Below are positions 44,409 to 53,802 of a stretch of 64,000 bases of DNA, piece after piece. Numbering within the stretch: the first letter of the stretch is position 1; each line of letters starts with the position of its first letter. The notes under the pieces are model-generated. The model made no database searches, was not told the origin of the DNA, and worked only from the letters and a program-made list of their open reading frames with translations. Source of the stretch: Myxococcota bacterium (GTDB taxonomy: Bacteria > Myxococcota_A > UBA9160 > UBA4427); the NCBI GenBank assembly GCA_965250285.1, contig OZ252299.1:1120001-1184000 (forward strand), in the 5' to 3' direction. Position numbers and translations under genes: made by a program.

Positions 44409-45395
44409 TCAGAGACGCGTGAGCCTGAGTACGCCCTCGACGACCAGGTTTCGTTCCTCGTCGTAGGGGATCTCGGCATCCAGTTCGATCGTCAGCAGCT
44501 CGCCAAATCGCGAGCCGCGCGCCGGAACCATCAGTGCGCGGTCGAACTGCGTGATGAGGAGCGCCCCCTCGAACTGGTTGTCGTTCTCGAAGTCGCCGAC
44601 TAAGTCGAAGGTCGCCGCAGGTCGCCCGTTTTGAAAGCACTGGCCTGCGACCTCGACGGCGTCCCCAAATCGACCCTCGACGGTGCCGCTCGCGCGACCA
44701 TTGCACGGCGATTCGTAAGGCGGAGCGCCGACGAGCAAGGTGCGAAAGTCGGCATCGCCCACGTAGAAGCCGCTTGCGGGATGGGCCCCGGGCTCGAGCC
44801 GTTCGAAGTGGTCGATCTCGATGCGAACGGATGCTGTCGCGGCGCACGGGTCGAGGCCGCCGCGGTCCAGCATGACCTCGAAGTCCCCGTCATAGCCGTC
44901 TCGGAGACACACGCCCGGTGTGGGGCCGTTGATGTGGTACCAGCATCGATCGTCCTCGAGCCAGACGAACGCGAATGCCTCTGCCGCGATCCCGAAGTCG
45001 CCCACGGCGCCATCCCACTCGTCGATGGTCACAGCCGCGATGAAGCTCGCGAAGTCGGCTACGCGCAGCTGAGCTCGCGAGGTGAGGCCGATCGGCACGG
45101 AGCCCACGCCGGCTTCGATGGCGGCGCCCACGCGAGATAGTTGGGTCGGCTCGCCGTCGACATCCGTCTGCGCTTGCGCGACCAGCCGGAAGTCGCCGGC
45201 CGTACTCGCTGGGGTGTCCGACGCGTCGCACTCATCCCGCACGTCGAGCTGCTCGATCTCGACCGTGACCGCGGCCCACGCCGTCGGGATCGACAGCGCG
45301 AGCGACGCAGGGTCGTTCGAGGGGTCGCAGGCCGAGACCATCAGCGACGCGGGCAGGAGAGCGGTCAGCAGGAGCAGTCGGGTGAGCGAGGGCAT
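44409..45395 (-). CDS. Hypothetical lipoprotein, atypical codon usage
   Basis: hydrophobic leader ending MVSAC (lipobox-like); several Cys; contains a TTA codon. Confidence 0.65.
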   Translation of the reverse strand: MPSLTRLLLLTALLPASLMVSACDPSNDPASLALSIPTAWAAVTVEIEQLDVRDECDASDTPASTAGDFRLVAQAQTDVDGEPTQLSRVGAAIEAGVGSVPIGLTSRAQLRVADFASFIAAVTIDEWDGAVGDFGIAAEAFAFVWLEDDRCWYHINGPTPGVCLRDGYDGDFEVMLDRGGLDPCAATASVRIEIDHFERLEPGAHPASGFYVGDADFRTLLVGAPPYESPCNGRASGTVEGRFGDAVEVAGQCFQNGRPAATFDLVGDFENDNQFEGALLITQFDRALMVPARGSRFGELLTIELDAEIPYDEERNLVVEGVLRLTRL

Positions 45396-45477
45396 CGTCA
45401 TTGAGGTGCGGGCCGGTGGGCCGCGGGGAATTGCGATCCCCGGAGACTAGCGGGTCACGCGCGCCGCCGGCGTGTGC

Positions 45478-46758
45478 TCAGAACCCCGCCCAGCGCGGCA
45501 GCGCGAGCGACAGCGCGGGGATCGCCGTCACGAGGGCGAGCACGATCAGCATCGCCGCGTACATGGGCAGCAGCGGCCGCAGGATCGATCGCACGTCGGT
45601 GCCGCCCACGGCGCAGCCGACGAAGAGCACGGAGCCGACCGGAGGCGTGCAGAGCCCGATGCAGAGGTTCAACACCATCACGACGCCGAAGTGAACCGGG
45701 TCGACGCCGAGCGCCGTGACGATGGGCAGGAAGATCGGCGTGAAGATCAGAACGGCCGGGGTCATGTCCATGAAGGTCCCGACGAGCAGCAGCACGAGGT
45801 TGATGAGCAGCAGCGTGAGCCAGGGCGAGTCGCCGAGTGCGAGGATCGAATCGGCGACCTCGGTCGGCACACGCTCATACGCGAGCAGCCACGAGAGCGC
45901 CACAGACGTCGCGATGAGCAGCATCACGACGCCCGTCGTGCGCCCGGCTTCGCGCAGCACGTCGGGCAGATCGCCGAGCCCGATCTCTCGGTAGGCGAGG
46001 GCGAGGCCGAGCGCGTAGACGACGGCGATCGCAGAGGCTTCGGTGGCGGTGAAGATCCCCGCGACGATCCCACCCATGACGACGACCAGCAGCCCGAGGC
46101 TCGGCAACGCATCGATCGTCGCGCGGGTGAGTCGACGGGTTCGACCGTCTCGCTGGGTCGGACGGCGCGACGAGAGGGCCGCCGCGACCATCAGGGCGGC
46201 GCCGACGAGGAGCCCGGGGCCGTAGCCGGCCAGGAAGAGCGCCGCGATCGAGACCCCGCCGCTCGCGAGCGAGTAGACGATCAGGATGTTGCTCGGTGGA
46301 ATGATCAGGCCCGTCGTTGCGCTCGAGACGTTCAGCGCAGCGGCGAACTCGCGCGCGTAGCCCTCTGCGCGCATGCGTGGCCCCATCACACCTCCAACGG
46401 CCGATGCCGCGGCCACGGCTGAGCCCGAGATCGCGCCGAAGAGCATCGAGGCGACGACGTGGACGTGGGCGAGCGGCGCGGGCAGGCTGCGCGTGACGAT
46501 GCGCGCGAGTTCGATCAGCCGCCGCGCGATGCCACCCCGGCTCATCAGTTCACCCGAAAGGATGAAGAACGGGATCGCCAGCAGCGGGAACGAGTCGAGG
46601 CTCGTCGCCATCCGCTGCGCGACGGTGATCAGCGCAACATCGGCCGGCAGCACCACGATCAGGGCGAGGGTCGAAGCTGCACCGATCGCGAAAGCGACCG
46701 GCACGCGCAGCAGGAGCAGCAGCAAGAGCATGAGCGCGAGGGTGGCAGTCGCCGTCAT
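45478..46758 (-). CDS. dctM: TRAP transporter large permease (DctM)
   Basis: LLAIPFFILSG, FGAISGSAVA, IIPPSN, GLCTPPVG. Confidence 0.93.
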   Translation of the reverse strand: MTATATLALMLLLLLLLRVPVAFAIGAASTLALIVVLPADVALITVAQRMATSLDSFPLLAIPFFILSGELMSRGGIARRLIELARIVTRSLPAPLAHVHVVASMLFGAISGSAVAAASAVGGVMGPRMRAEGYAREFAAALNVSSATTGLIIPPSNILIVYSLASGGVSIAALFLAGYGPGLLVGAALMVAAALSSRRPTQRDGRTRRLTRATIDALPSLGLLVVVMGGIVAGIFTATEASAIAVVYALGLALAYREIGLGDLPDVLREAGRTTGVVMLLIATSVALSWLLAYERVPTEVADSILALGDSPWLTLLLINLVLLLVGTFMDMTPAVLIFTPIFLPIVTALGVDPVHFGVVMVLNLCIGLCTPPVGSVLFVGCAVGGTDVRSILRPLLPMYAAMLIVLALVTAIPALSLALPRWAGF

Positions 46759-47294
46759 GGCTTCCCGCCGTTCGGTGCTTCGCCGGGGACTCGGCGCGTT
46801 GCCTCGACCAGGGAGAGGCCGGCGTGCGTGGCGATGACGAGCCCGGCGACCGGGAGCGCGGCATACACCGCGCCCATCGGCAGCCCGAGTGCGGCCGAGC
46901 GCTGACCGAGCTCGAACGACATCGAGACGAGCCCGAGACCTCCGCCGATCATGACGCTGCTCGCAAATGCGAGGACGACCCCGTGCGCGACCACGGTCAC
47001 CACGCGTTCGACAACTCGGGGTGTCGCGCGCGGCCACAGATCGACCGCGACGTGCGTCCCGCGACCGGCTGCGGCTGCGGCGCCGACGAGCCCGATCCAC
47101 ACGAGCAGCGTGCGGGCGAGCTCGTCCGTGCCTGCGCTCGGCTGAGCGAGGGCGTAGCGTGAGAAGACCTGCCAGACGACGTTCACGACCGCGGTTGCCA
47201 GGAGCACCGCCAGCGCCGTGCCCACGATGCGATCGAGCGCGATGCGTGCCTCGGCGACGCGGTCGGCCCGGGGCTGCGATTCGCCGGCGCTCAT
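46755..47294 (-). CDS. dctQ: TRAP transporter small permease (DctQ)
   Basis: QVFSRY, TDELAR..LVW, HVAVD; 4 TM. Confidence 0.9.
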   Translation of the reverse strand: MSAGESQPRADRVAEARIALDRIVGTALAVLLATAVVNVVWQVFSRYALAQPSAGTDELARTLLVWIGLVGAAAAAGRGTHVAVDLWPRATPRVVERVVTVVAHGVVLAFASSVMIGGGLGLVSMSFELGQRSAALGLPMGAVYAALPVAGLVIATHAGLSLVEATRRVPGEAPNGGKP

Positions 47295-48283
47295 GGGCCC
47301 GTCGCCTCGATGCGGTCGAGCAGGGGGCCGACCTCGGGGTCGGAGCGCATCCGTTCGCGCACGCTCTTCGTGGCGGCCACGAAGGGTCGCTTGTCGGGGC
47401 GCACGATCTCGACGCCCGCCGCCTCGACCGCTTCGAGGGCGCGGGCGGTCGCATCGCTCCAAAGTCGGCGCTGCAGCGTCGCGGAGTCGCGGGCCGACGC
47501 TTCGAGCCACCTGCGCTCGTCTGCATCGAGGCGATCCCAGAGCAGCGTGCTGACGAGCAGGACGTCGGGCACCGCGGTGTGCTCGTCGAGGCTGTAGACG
47601 CGGGCGACTTCGAAGTGCCCGGCGCGCTCGAACGAAGGCGGATTGTTCTCGGCGCCGTCGACGACGCCCTGCTGCAGCGCGGTGTACAGCTCGCCCCATG
47701 CAATGGGCGCGGCCGCCCCGCCGAGGGCGCCGACCATCGCGATCGCGGTCGGGCTCTCCTGCGTGCGGATCTTGAGGCCACGCAGGTCTTCGGGCGTGTG
47801 GATCGCTCGATCGCGGGTGTAGAAGCTGCGGTGGCCCGCGTCGTAGAAGGCGAGTCCACGCAGACGCCCCGGCGTCGATGACTGGAGCAGCTCGCGACCG
47901 ACGTCGCCGTCGAGCACCGCGAAGCGGTGGGCGTCGCTGCGAAACAGGTAGGGCGCCGACAGCACGCGATAGCCCGGTGCGAAGTTCTCGAGGACGGCCG
48001 CCGAGACCTTCGTCAGGTCGAGGCTGCCGATTTGCAGCAGCTCGAGACACTCGCGCTCACTGCAGAGCTGTTCACTCGGATAGAGATCGACCCGCAAGCG
48101 GCCGTTCGAGCGCGTCTCGACATGGCGCCCGAACGCGCGCATCGCCTCGTGAACCGGGTGGCTCGGTGCGAGGCCATGACCGAGCGTGAGTCGCTTGGGT
48201 GCCGTCTCGGACGTGCATGCGAACCACGCGCAGGCGAGTGCGAGCAGGGCCCCCTCCGCGCGGCGCAAGCGCGCGAGGCTCAT
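47291..48283 (-). CDS. dctP: TRAP transporter substrate-binding protein (DctP)
   Basis: DLRGLKIRTQ, GELYTALQQGVVDGAENN. Confidence 0.92.
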   Translation of the reverse strand: MSLARLRRAEGALLALACAWFACTSETAPKRLTLGHGLAPSHPVHEAMRAFGRHVETRSNGRLRVDLYPSEQLCSERECLELLQIGSLDLTKVSAAVLENFAPGYRVLSAPYLFRSDAHRFAVLDGDVGRELLQSSTPGRLRGLAFYDAGHRSFYTRDRAIHTPEDLRGLKIRTQESPTAIAMVGALGGAAAPIAWGELYTALQQGVVDGAENNPPSFERAGHFEVARVYSLDEHTAVPDVLLVSTLLWDRLDADERRWLEASARDSATLQRRLWSDATARALEAVEAAGVEIVRPDKRPFVAATKSVRERMRSDPEVGPLLDRIEATGP

Positions 48284-49335
48284 GCCCCAGCCGACGCCCC
48301 CGCGTGCCGCCGGACGAGCGCGGCGACGGCCTCGACCCAGGCGGGGTGATCGTTGAGCGAGGGCACGAGCTTCATCGACTGCCCCCCGAGCTCGGCCCAC
48401 TGCTCGGCGAGCTGCATGCCGAGCTCTTCGAGCGTCTCGAGGTTGTCGGCGACGAACGCGGGCGAGAGGACGGCGAGGTGCTCGACGCCCCGATCGCGCA
48501 GCTCGTGCACGACCTCGTCGGTATAGGGCTTGATCCAGGGCGTGCGGCCGAGACGCGACTGGAACGAGGTCGTCGTCGCAGCCGGGTCGAGCCCCAGGGC
48601 GTCGACGATCAGCGCCGTCGTGCGGTGGCACTGTGCGCGGTAGCAGTTTCGGTTGGCCGTTCGAATGGCGGCACAACAGTCGTCCTGGGCGAGACAGAAC
48701 GTGCCCGTCGGATCGCTCTCTCGGATCTGACTCTCGGGCAGCCCGTGGTAGCTGAAGAGGACGTGGTCGGCTTCGTAGCCGTCGAGCGCGTCGCCGGCGA
48801 CCTGCCGCCAGGCGTCGATGAAGGCCGGGTCGTCGAAGAAGTCGCCGATCGTCGTGAGCGGGCGCACGTCCCAGTAGCGACTCTGCTCCTCCTGCACGTG
48901 CGCGAGCACCGACGCCGTGGTCGCGGCCGAGTACTGCGGGAAGAGCGGCAGCACGAGGACGCGATCGACGTCGGCATCGCCCAGACGTTCGAGGCCCGCG
49001 GCGATGCTCGGCTGGCCGTAGCGCATGGCGAGGACGACCTCGAAGTCGCTCCCGAGCGCCTTCGACACGCCCAGGGCGAGCGCCTGCGAGTGGACCATGA
49101 GCGGTGAGCCCGCATCCGTCCAGATCTTCGCGTAGGCCGCGGCACTCTTTCGCGGTCGCGTCGGCAGGATCACGCCCTCGAGGAGCAGCTTGCGCGCGAT
49201 GGCCGGCATGTTGAGAACGCGCGGGTCGGACAGGAACTCGCGCAGATAGCGGCGCACCTCGCGCGGTCGCGGCGCGTCGGGCGTGCCGAGCTGAACGAGG
49301 AGCACACCGATACGCGAAGGCGGGGAGGGCGGCAT
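48280..49335 (-). CDS. hemH: Ferrochelatase with Cys-rich internal insert
   Basis: LLVQLGTPD, AMRYGQPS, LFPQYS, FSYHGLP, FQSRLG, FVADNLETLEE. Confidence 0.96.
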   Translation of the reverse strand: MPPSPPSRIGVLLVQLGTPDAPRPREVRRYLREFLSDPRVLNMPAIARKLLLEGVILPTRPRKSAAAYAKIWTDAGSPLMVHSQALALGVSKALGSDFEVVLAMRYGQPSIAAGLERLGDADVDRVLVLPLFPQYSAATTASVLAHVQEEQSRYWDVRPLTTIGDFFDDPAFIDAWRQVAGDALDGYEADHVLFSYHGLPESQIRESDPTGTFCLAQDDCCAAIRTANRNCYRAQCHRTTALIVDALGLDPAATTTSFQSRLGRTPWIKPYTDEVVHELRDRGVEHLAVLSPAFVADNLETLEELGMQLAEQWAELGGQSMKLVPSLNDHPAWVEAVAALVRRHAGASAGA

Positions 49336-49397
49336 GACCTGGCAAAGATGCCACAGGCGCACCCGAGGTCACCCCGGCGTTCGACCCGCCGCACCGT

Positions 49398-50129
49398 TCA
49401 GGAAGGTCTTTCCCACCAGCGGCCCATGAAGGCCGAGAGCAGCATGTACAGCGCGGGATAGACCAGCGAGATCTCGATGGCGTGGGTGCGAGCGGCCCAA
49501 TCGGGGTTGAGGATCGCGATGGCGAGCCAGGCCGCCCAGAGCATGCCGCCGTAGCTGATCGAGTAGCGCATCCACAGCTTGGGCAGCTTCGAGGGGTACA
49601 GATACTTGAAGGGCACGAACACCATCAGGCCGAGCCCCGCGACCCAGACCGCGCCGCCCCAGGGCGAGATGTCGAACTTCCACAGGTAGATCGCCAGGAT
49701 GTTCCAGTAGGACGGGAACCCGAGGAAGAAATCGTCGTCCGTCTTCGCGTCTTCGCGCGAGAACCCGTAGGCGCTGCTCAGAATCGGAATGGCGATCCAC
49801 CAGGGCGACGGCAGATTGCCGGCCGAAGCCATGAAGATCGCCCCCACGACGACGAAGTTCAGGAAGTCGACCATGTCGTCGAGACGCCGACCGTTCATCT
49901 GCGGCAGGTGGCGGGTGACGCCGACCATGCGCGCGAAGGCCCCGTCCATCGAGTCGATGCTGAGGGCCAGGAGCATGTAGATGGTTGCGACGTCGAGGCG
50001 GCCGAACGAGATCTCGAGCAAGGCGAGCCCGCCGAGTACGCCCCCCATGGCGGTGAAGAGGTGCACACCCCAGCTCAGGGCGCGCCCGCCCGGCGTCGAG
50101 TCGGGAGCCATGTCACCGTGAGCGCTCAT
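49398..50129 (-). CDS. CDP-alcohol phosphatidyltransferase, phosphatidylcholine synthase-like
   Basis: VHLFTA, IDSMDGAFAR...GRRLDDMVDF, FFLGFPSYWN. Confidence 0.8.
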   Translation of the reverse strand: MSAHGDMAPDSTPGGRALSWGVHLFTAMGGVLGGLALLEISFGRLDVATIYMLLALSIDSMDGAFARMVGVTRHLPQMNGRRLDDMVDFLNFVVVGAIFMASAGNLPSPWWIAIPILSSAYGFSREDAKTDDDFFLGFPSYWNILAIYLWKFDISPWGGAVWVAGLGLMVFVPFKYLYPSKLPKLWMRYSISYGGMLWAAWLAIAILNPDWAARTHAIEISLVYPALYMLLSAFMGRWWERPS

Positions 50130-50265
50130 CTTGCGGTCCCCATTGCCCGATGTGTGGGGGACGCGGCAGGGCCGCGCGGGCTCGGTGCGACCACCTTACC
50201 AGAAGCGCGCGGGGCGCTCCGAGAGGGCGATCGGCCCCGCGGCGCGAGATAGATCCATCGTTTCA

Positions 50266-50294
50266 TTGCCGGCGCGGAGGGCGCGCGGTACCAC
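50266..50294 (+). promoter_or_regulatory. Putative sigma70-type promoter for E2-lipB
   Basis: TTGCCG-17 bp-TACCAC. Confidence 0.45.
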
Positions 50295-50352
50295 CGCCGG
50301 GCATCGAACGAGCACGTCGGGCCCGCTGGGGTGGGTCGCGAAGGAGTCTGGA

Positions 50353-51684
50353 ATGTCGATCGCACTGGAGCTGCCGTCCCTCGGCGAGAGCGTCGTCGAA
50401 GGCACCGTCTCGCGCTGGCTCGTCGCCGAGGGTGAGTACGTCGAGATGGATCAAGCGATCGTCGAGGTGACGACCGACAAGGTCGACGCCGAGATCCCGT
50501 CGCCGAGCGCCGGTGTGATCGAGAAGATCCTGGTCGCCGAGGGCGACGTGGTCGAGGTCGGTGCGCAGCTCGCGCTGATCGACGCCGACGCGCAGCCCTC
50601 GGCCGCGGCACCCGCCGCATCAGCGGCTCCAGCCCCTGCCCCGGTCGCGCCTGCGCCCACGCCGACCCCCGCGCCCGCACCCGCCCCCCCGCCCGAAGCC
50701 GCGCCCGCGGCGACGCCGGTCGCGCGCCGCATGGCCGAAGAGGCGCGGGTGCCGCTCGATCAGATCGCAGGCAGTGGGGCCGGCGGGCGCATCACCAAGG
50801 CCGACGTCGAGCGGGCCACCCAACCCGAGCCGGCCCCGGTGGCGCCGGCCCCCGCCGCAGCGGCCCCGGTCGCCCCCGCACCGCAGGCAGCGGCGCCGGC
50901 ACCCGCGCGTCCCCCCGTGCCCTCGCCCTCGCCCTCGCGCACGACGGCGAGCAAGCCCGCGTACGCCACGTACGCACTCAAGGAGGGCGACCGCGTCATC
51001 CCGATGACGCCGATGCGCCGGATTACCGCCGAGCACATGGTCTACTCGAAGCACACCAGCCCGCACGTCGGCACGGTGGCCGAGATCGACATGGGCGGCG
51101 TCGCCGACGTGCGCCAACGACACAAGCGCGCCTTCGAGGAGGCGCACGGCTTCGGTCTCACGTTTCTGCCGTTCATCGTGCACTCGGTCGTGCGGGCGCT
51201 GCGCGAGTACCCGGCGCTCAACGCCTCGGTGCTCGAGGACGCGATCGTCGAGAAGCGCGACATCAACGTGGGTCTCGCCGTCGAGACCGAGAAGGGGCTG
51301 GTCGTGCCCGTCGTTCGGCAGGCAGACCGCCTCTCGCTGGCCGGCCTCGCGGCGGCGATCGACGACGTCGCGACCCGAGCACGCAATCGCAAGCTCACGG
51401 CCGACGACCTTCAGGGCGGGACGTTCACGGTCTCGAATCCGGGCCGGAAGGGGAATCTCTACGGCTTCGCGATCATCAATCAGCCGCAGGTCGGCATCGT
51501 GCGCATGGGCGAGATCGTGAAGCGACCGGTGGTGCGCAGCGTCGAGGGGCAGGACGCGATCGTGATCCGGCCCATGATGCATCTCTCCCTCTCGTACGAT
51601 CACCGCGCCGTCGACGGCGCGCCGGCCAACGGCTTTCTGTGGCGGATCCGGGATCTGCTCGAGACCGCAGACTTCGACGTCTAG
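50353..51684 (+). CDS. Dihydrolipoamide acyltransferase E2 (SucB/DlaT-like), catalytically intact
   Basis: VTTDKVDAEIPSP lipoyl domain, PSBD, GGTFTVSNPG, LSYDHRAVDG; AAGGAG RBS. Confidence 0.93.
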   Translation: MSIALELPSLGESVVEGTVSRWLVAEGEYVEMDQAIVEVTTDKVDAEIPSPSAGVIEKILVAEGDVVEVGAQLALIDADAQPSAAAPAASAAPAPAPVAPAPTPTPAPAPAPPPEAAPAATPVARRMAEEARVPLDQIAGSGAGGRITKADVERATQPEPAPVAPAPAAAAPVAPAPQAAAPAPARPPVPSPSPSRTTASKPAYATYALKEGDRVIPMTPMRRITAEHMVYSKHTSPHVGTVAEIDMGGVADVRQRHKRAFEEAHGFGLTFLPFIVHSVVRALREYPALNASVLEDAIVEKRDINVGLAVETEKGLVVPVVRQADRLSLAGLAAAIDDVATRARNRKLTADDLQGGTFTVSNPGRKGNLYGFAIINQPQVGIVRMGEIVKRPVVRSVEGQDAIVIRPMMHLSLSYDHRAVDGAPANGFLWRIRDLLETADFDV

Positions 51685-51754
51685 AGCGAGGGCGGCGCGC
51701 GGGGTGCAGCGTGAAGCCGCGCCGGCCCGGGCAGGGGTCGAGTAGACTCACGTC

Positions 51755-52489
51755 GTGCAGAGCGAACCCGACATCGGAGCCACCGACGCGCTGGCCGTGG
51801 CCTCTCCAACCGGCGGCGATCTGAGCGTCGAGTGGTGCGGGCGCGTGCCCTATGCGCGTGCGCTCGAGCTCCAGGCCGCGGCCCGACTGGCCCGGGCGCA
51901 GGGCGAGACCGGAGATCGACTGCTTCTGCTCGAGCACCCGCCGGTCGTGACCCTGGGCCGCAGCAGCCACGATGCCCACCTCCTGCTCGACCGCGACGCG
52001 TACGCAGCGCGCGGCATCGAGGTGTTCGAGGCGGCGCGCGGGGGCGACGTCACCTACCACGCGCCGGGGCAGCTCGTCGGCTACCTGATCGTCGATCTCG
52101 ACGCCCGGGGCGAGCGCGACCTGCACCTCCACGTGCGGCGGATCGAGGGCGCGTTGATGCGCGCGCTGTCGACGTTCGACCTCGCGACGAAGCGCGTCGT
52201 GGGTCGTTCGGGTGTCTTCGTGGATGCGCCGGGTGCCGGCCCCGACCGCAAGCTCGCGTCGATCGGCGTCGGCGTGAAGCGCTGGGTCACGTGGCACGGC
52301 TTCGCGCTCAACGTGACGACCGATCTCGATGGCTTCGACGTGATCGTGCCCTGCGGTCTCGACGACGTCGTCATGACGTCTGTAGCGCGTGAGAGCGGGC
52401 GGGCCTCGCTCGGCCTCGATGCCGAGGCGCGCGAAGCGGTGGCCGAGGCCTTTCGCGCGACTTTCGGTGCAGGAGATGCTCGAGCGTGA
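51755..52489 (+). CDS. lipB: Lipoyl(octanoyl) transferase
   Basis: LLEHPPVVTLGR, RGGDVTYHAPGQLVGY, KLASIG, HGFALNV, IVPCGL. Confidence 0.96.
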   Translation: MQSEPDIGATDALAVASPTGGDLSVEWCGRVPYARALELQAAARLARAQGETGDRLLLLEHPPVVTLGRSSHDAHLLLDRDAYAARGIEVFEAARGGDVTYHAPGQLVGYLIVDLDARGERDLHLHVRRIEGALMRALSTFDLATKRVVGRSGVFVDAPGAGPDRKLASIGVGVKRWVTWHGFALNVTTDLDGFDVIVPCGLDDVVMTSVARESGRASLGLDAEAREAVAEAFRATFGAGDARA

Positions 52490-52956
52490 GCACGCCGGGT
52501 CCGCCGCCGCTTCGTCCGTTCGGCCTCGTGCTGCACCACGACGGGCGTTGGAGTCACGAGGGGCAACCGATCCTGAACCGCCGGCTGCGCGAACACTTCG
52601 ATCGCTCGGTCGAGTACCTGCCCGAAGAGCAGAAGTACATCGTTCGGCTGCGCCACTTTCGCGGCGAGATCGTGATCGAAGAGGCGGGCTTCTTCGTCCG
52701 CGAGGTCGACGCGGACCGCGGCGAGGTGATGCTCTCGGACGGCTCGCGCTCGGCCGTCGACCTCTCGACGTTGCGTGCTTCGCCGATCGACGGCGCGCTC
52801 CTCTGCCGCGTGAAGCCCGAAATGGGCGGCGGGGGTGTGCTCGCTCGCTTCACGCACGCCGCGCAGTCCGAGCTGCTCGGGGCCATCGAACTCGATGACG
52901 CCGACGCGCCGGGGGTCGTCTGGGCCGGCCGCTGGACGTCGCTTCCCAACGTCTAG
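52486..52956 (+). CDS. DUF1285-like hypothetical protein
   Basis: DGRWSHEGQPI.NRRL..HF motif; GTGA overlap with lipB. Confidence 0.65.
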   Translation: MSTPGPPPLRPFGLVLHHDGRWSHEGQPILNRRLREHFDRSVEYLPEEQKYIVRLRHFRGEIVIEEAGFFVREVDADRGEVMLSDGSRSAVDLSTLRASPIDGALLCRVKPEMGGGGVLARFTHAAQSELLGAIELDDADAPGVVWAGRWTSLPNV

Positions 52957-52984
52957 GCGCGGCGCGCCGCGCACCCGCGTCGCC

Positions 52985-53062
52985 TCCGCCGTGACCGGCG
53001 CTCGAGCGCGTGCATGCCGCCGGTCCGCCGTGACCGGCGCTCGAGCACGCGCACGCAGCCGA
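52985..53062. repeat. 39-bp intergenic tandem duplication
   Basis: tccgccgtgaccggcgctcgagc at 52985 and 53024. Confidence 0.85.
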
Positions 53063-53085
53063 TCTGCGTACGCGGGAGCCATCGA

Positions 53086-53113
53086 TTGACGCGGCGCCGG
53101 GGCCGCGTACTCT
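53086..53113 (+). promoter_or_regulatory. Putative sigma70 promoter for tRNA-Cys
   Basis: TTGACG-16 bp-TACTCT. Confidence 0.6.
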
Positions 53114-53168
53114 CTGCGGTCCTTCCACGCCGGGCGTGCGCGTTCGCCTGGCCGGGCGCAAGCCCCGA

Positions 53169-53242
53169 GGCGGCGTAGCCAAGTGGTAAGGCACGGGCCT
53201 GCAAAGCCCTGATCACCGGTTCGAATCCGGTCGCCGCCTCCA
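53169..53242 (+). tRNA. tRNA-Cys(GCA), CCA encoded
   Basis: GGCGGCG/CGCCGCC acceptor, gggc-ctGCAaa-gccc anticodon arm, GGTTCGAATCC T arm. Confidence 0.97.
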
Positions 53243-53291
53243 CTTCGCCTCCCCCATCCATCCTCCCCGCTCGTCCGCCGCCTGCGACCTG

Positions 53292-53485
53292 GTGCGCTCC
53301 GTGACGTGATGCGACGGGTGTTCGGACGATGCCCCCGTTCGGGCGTGCGCCGTGGCCGTCGACCTGTTTGCACGCGAGTTTCGTCCTCGAAGCGAGACCG
53401 TTCGAGCGTCTGCTTGGGTGGCAGCTTCACGGCCACGTCGAACACGCGTGCTGCTGGTGGCACGCGATCGTCTAAGCTGAACCGA
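53292..53485. repeat. ~195-bp direct repeat, copy 1
   Basis: aligns with 54998-55193, about 24 mismatches plus one 2-bp indel by manual count. Confidence 0.93.
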
Positions 53486-53802
53486 CTTGTACGTCTGGCA
53501 GATCCGGTTGCCGTTGGCGAACGATGGCATGAGTCGGCGCGAACCCTTCGTTGCTGCGCGGCCGGCGCTCGGCCATGCGCGTCGGAGCCCGGCTCAGGCC
53601 CGTCGCCGTCAGGCGCATCGCTCGAGCCCTTCCCGATCGGTCCCCTCGATGACGCCGCCGCCCGCCCCACGCGGGGGTCGGGTCGGCCGCCATGCGCAGG
53701 CCCGGGTCCCTGCAGTAGACTCGCGCGCCGCCGCTCGCGAGCGCCATCGACGCCCAACGCGGTGACGAACGACGACGTCGGTCTCCTTCACGCATACGTC
53801 CG

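Noticed and set aside
50580..50960. Pro/Ala-rich repeats in E2
   Set aside because: Normal flexible linkers of dihydrolipoamide acyltransferases
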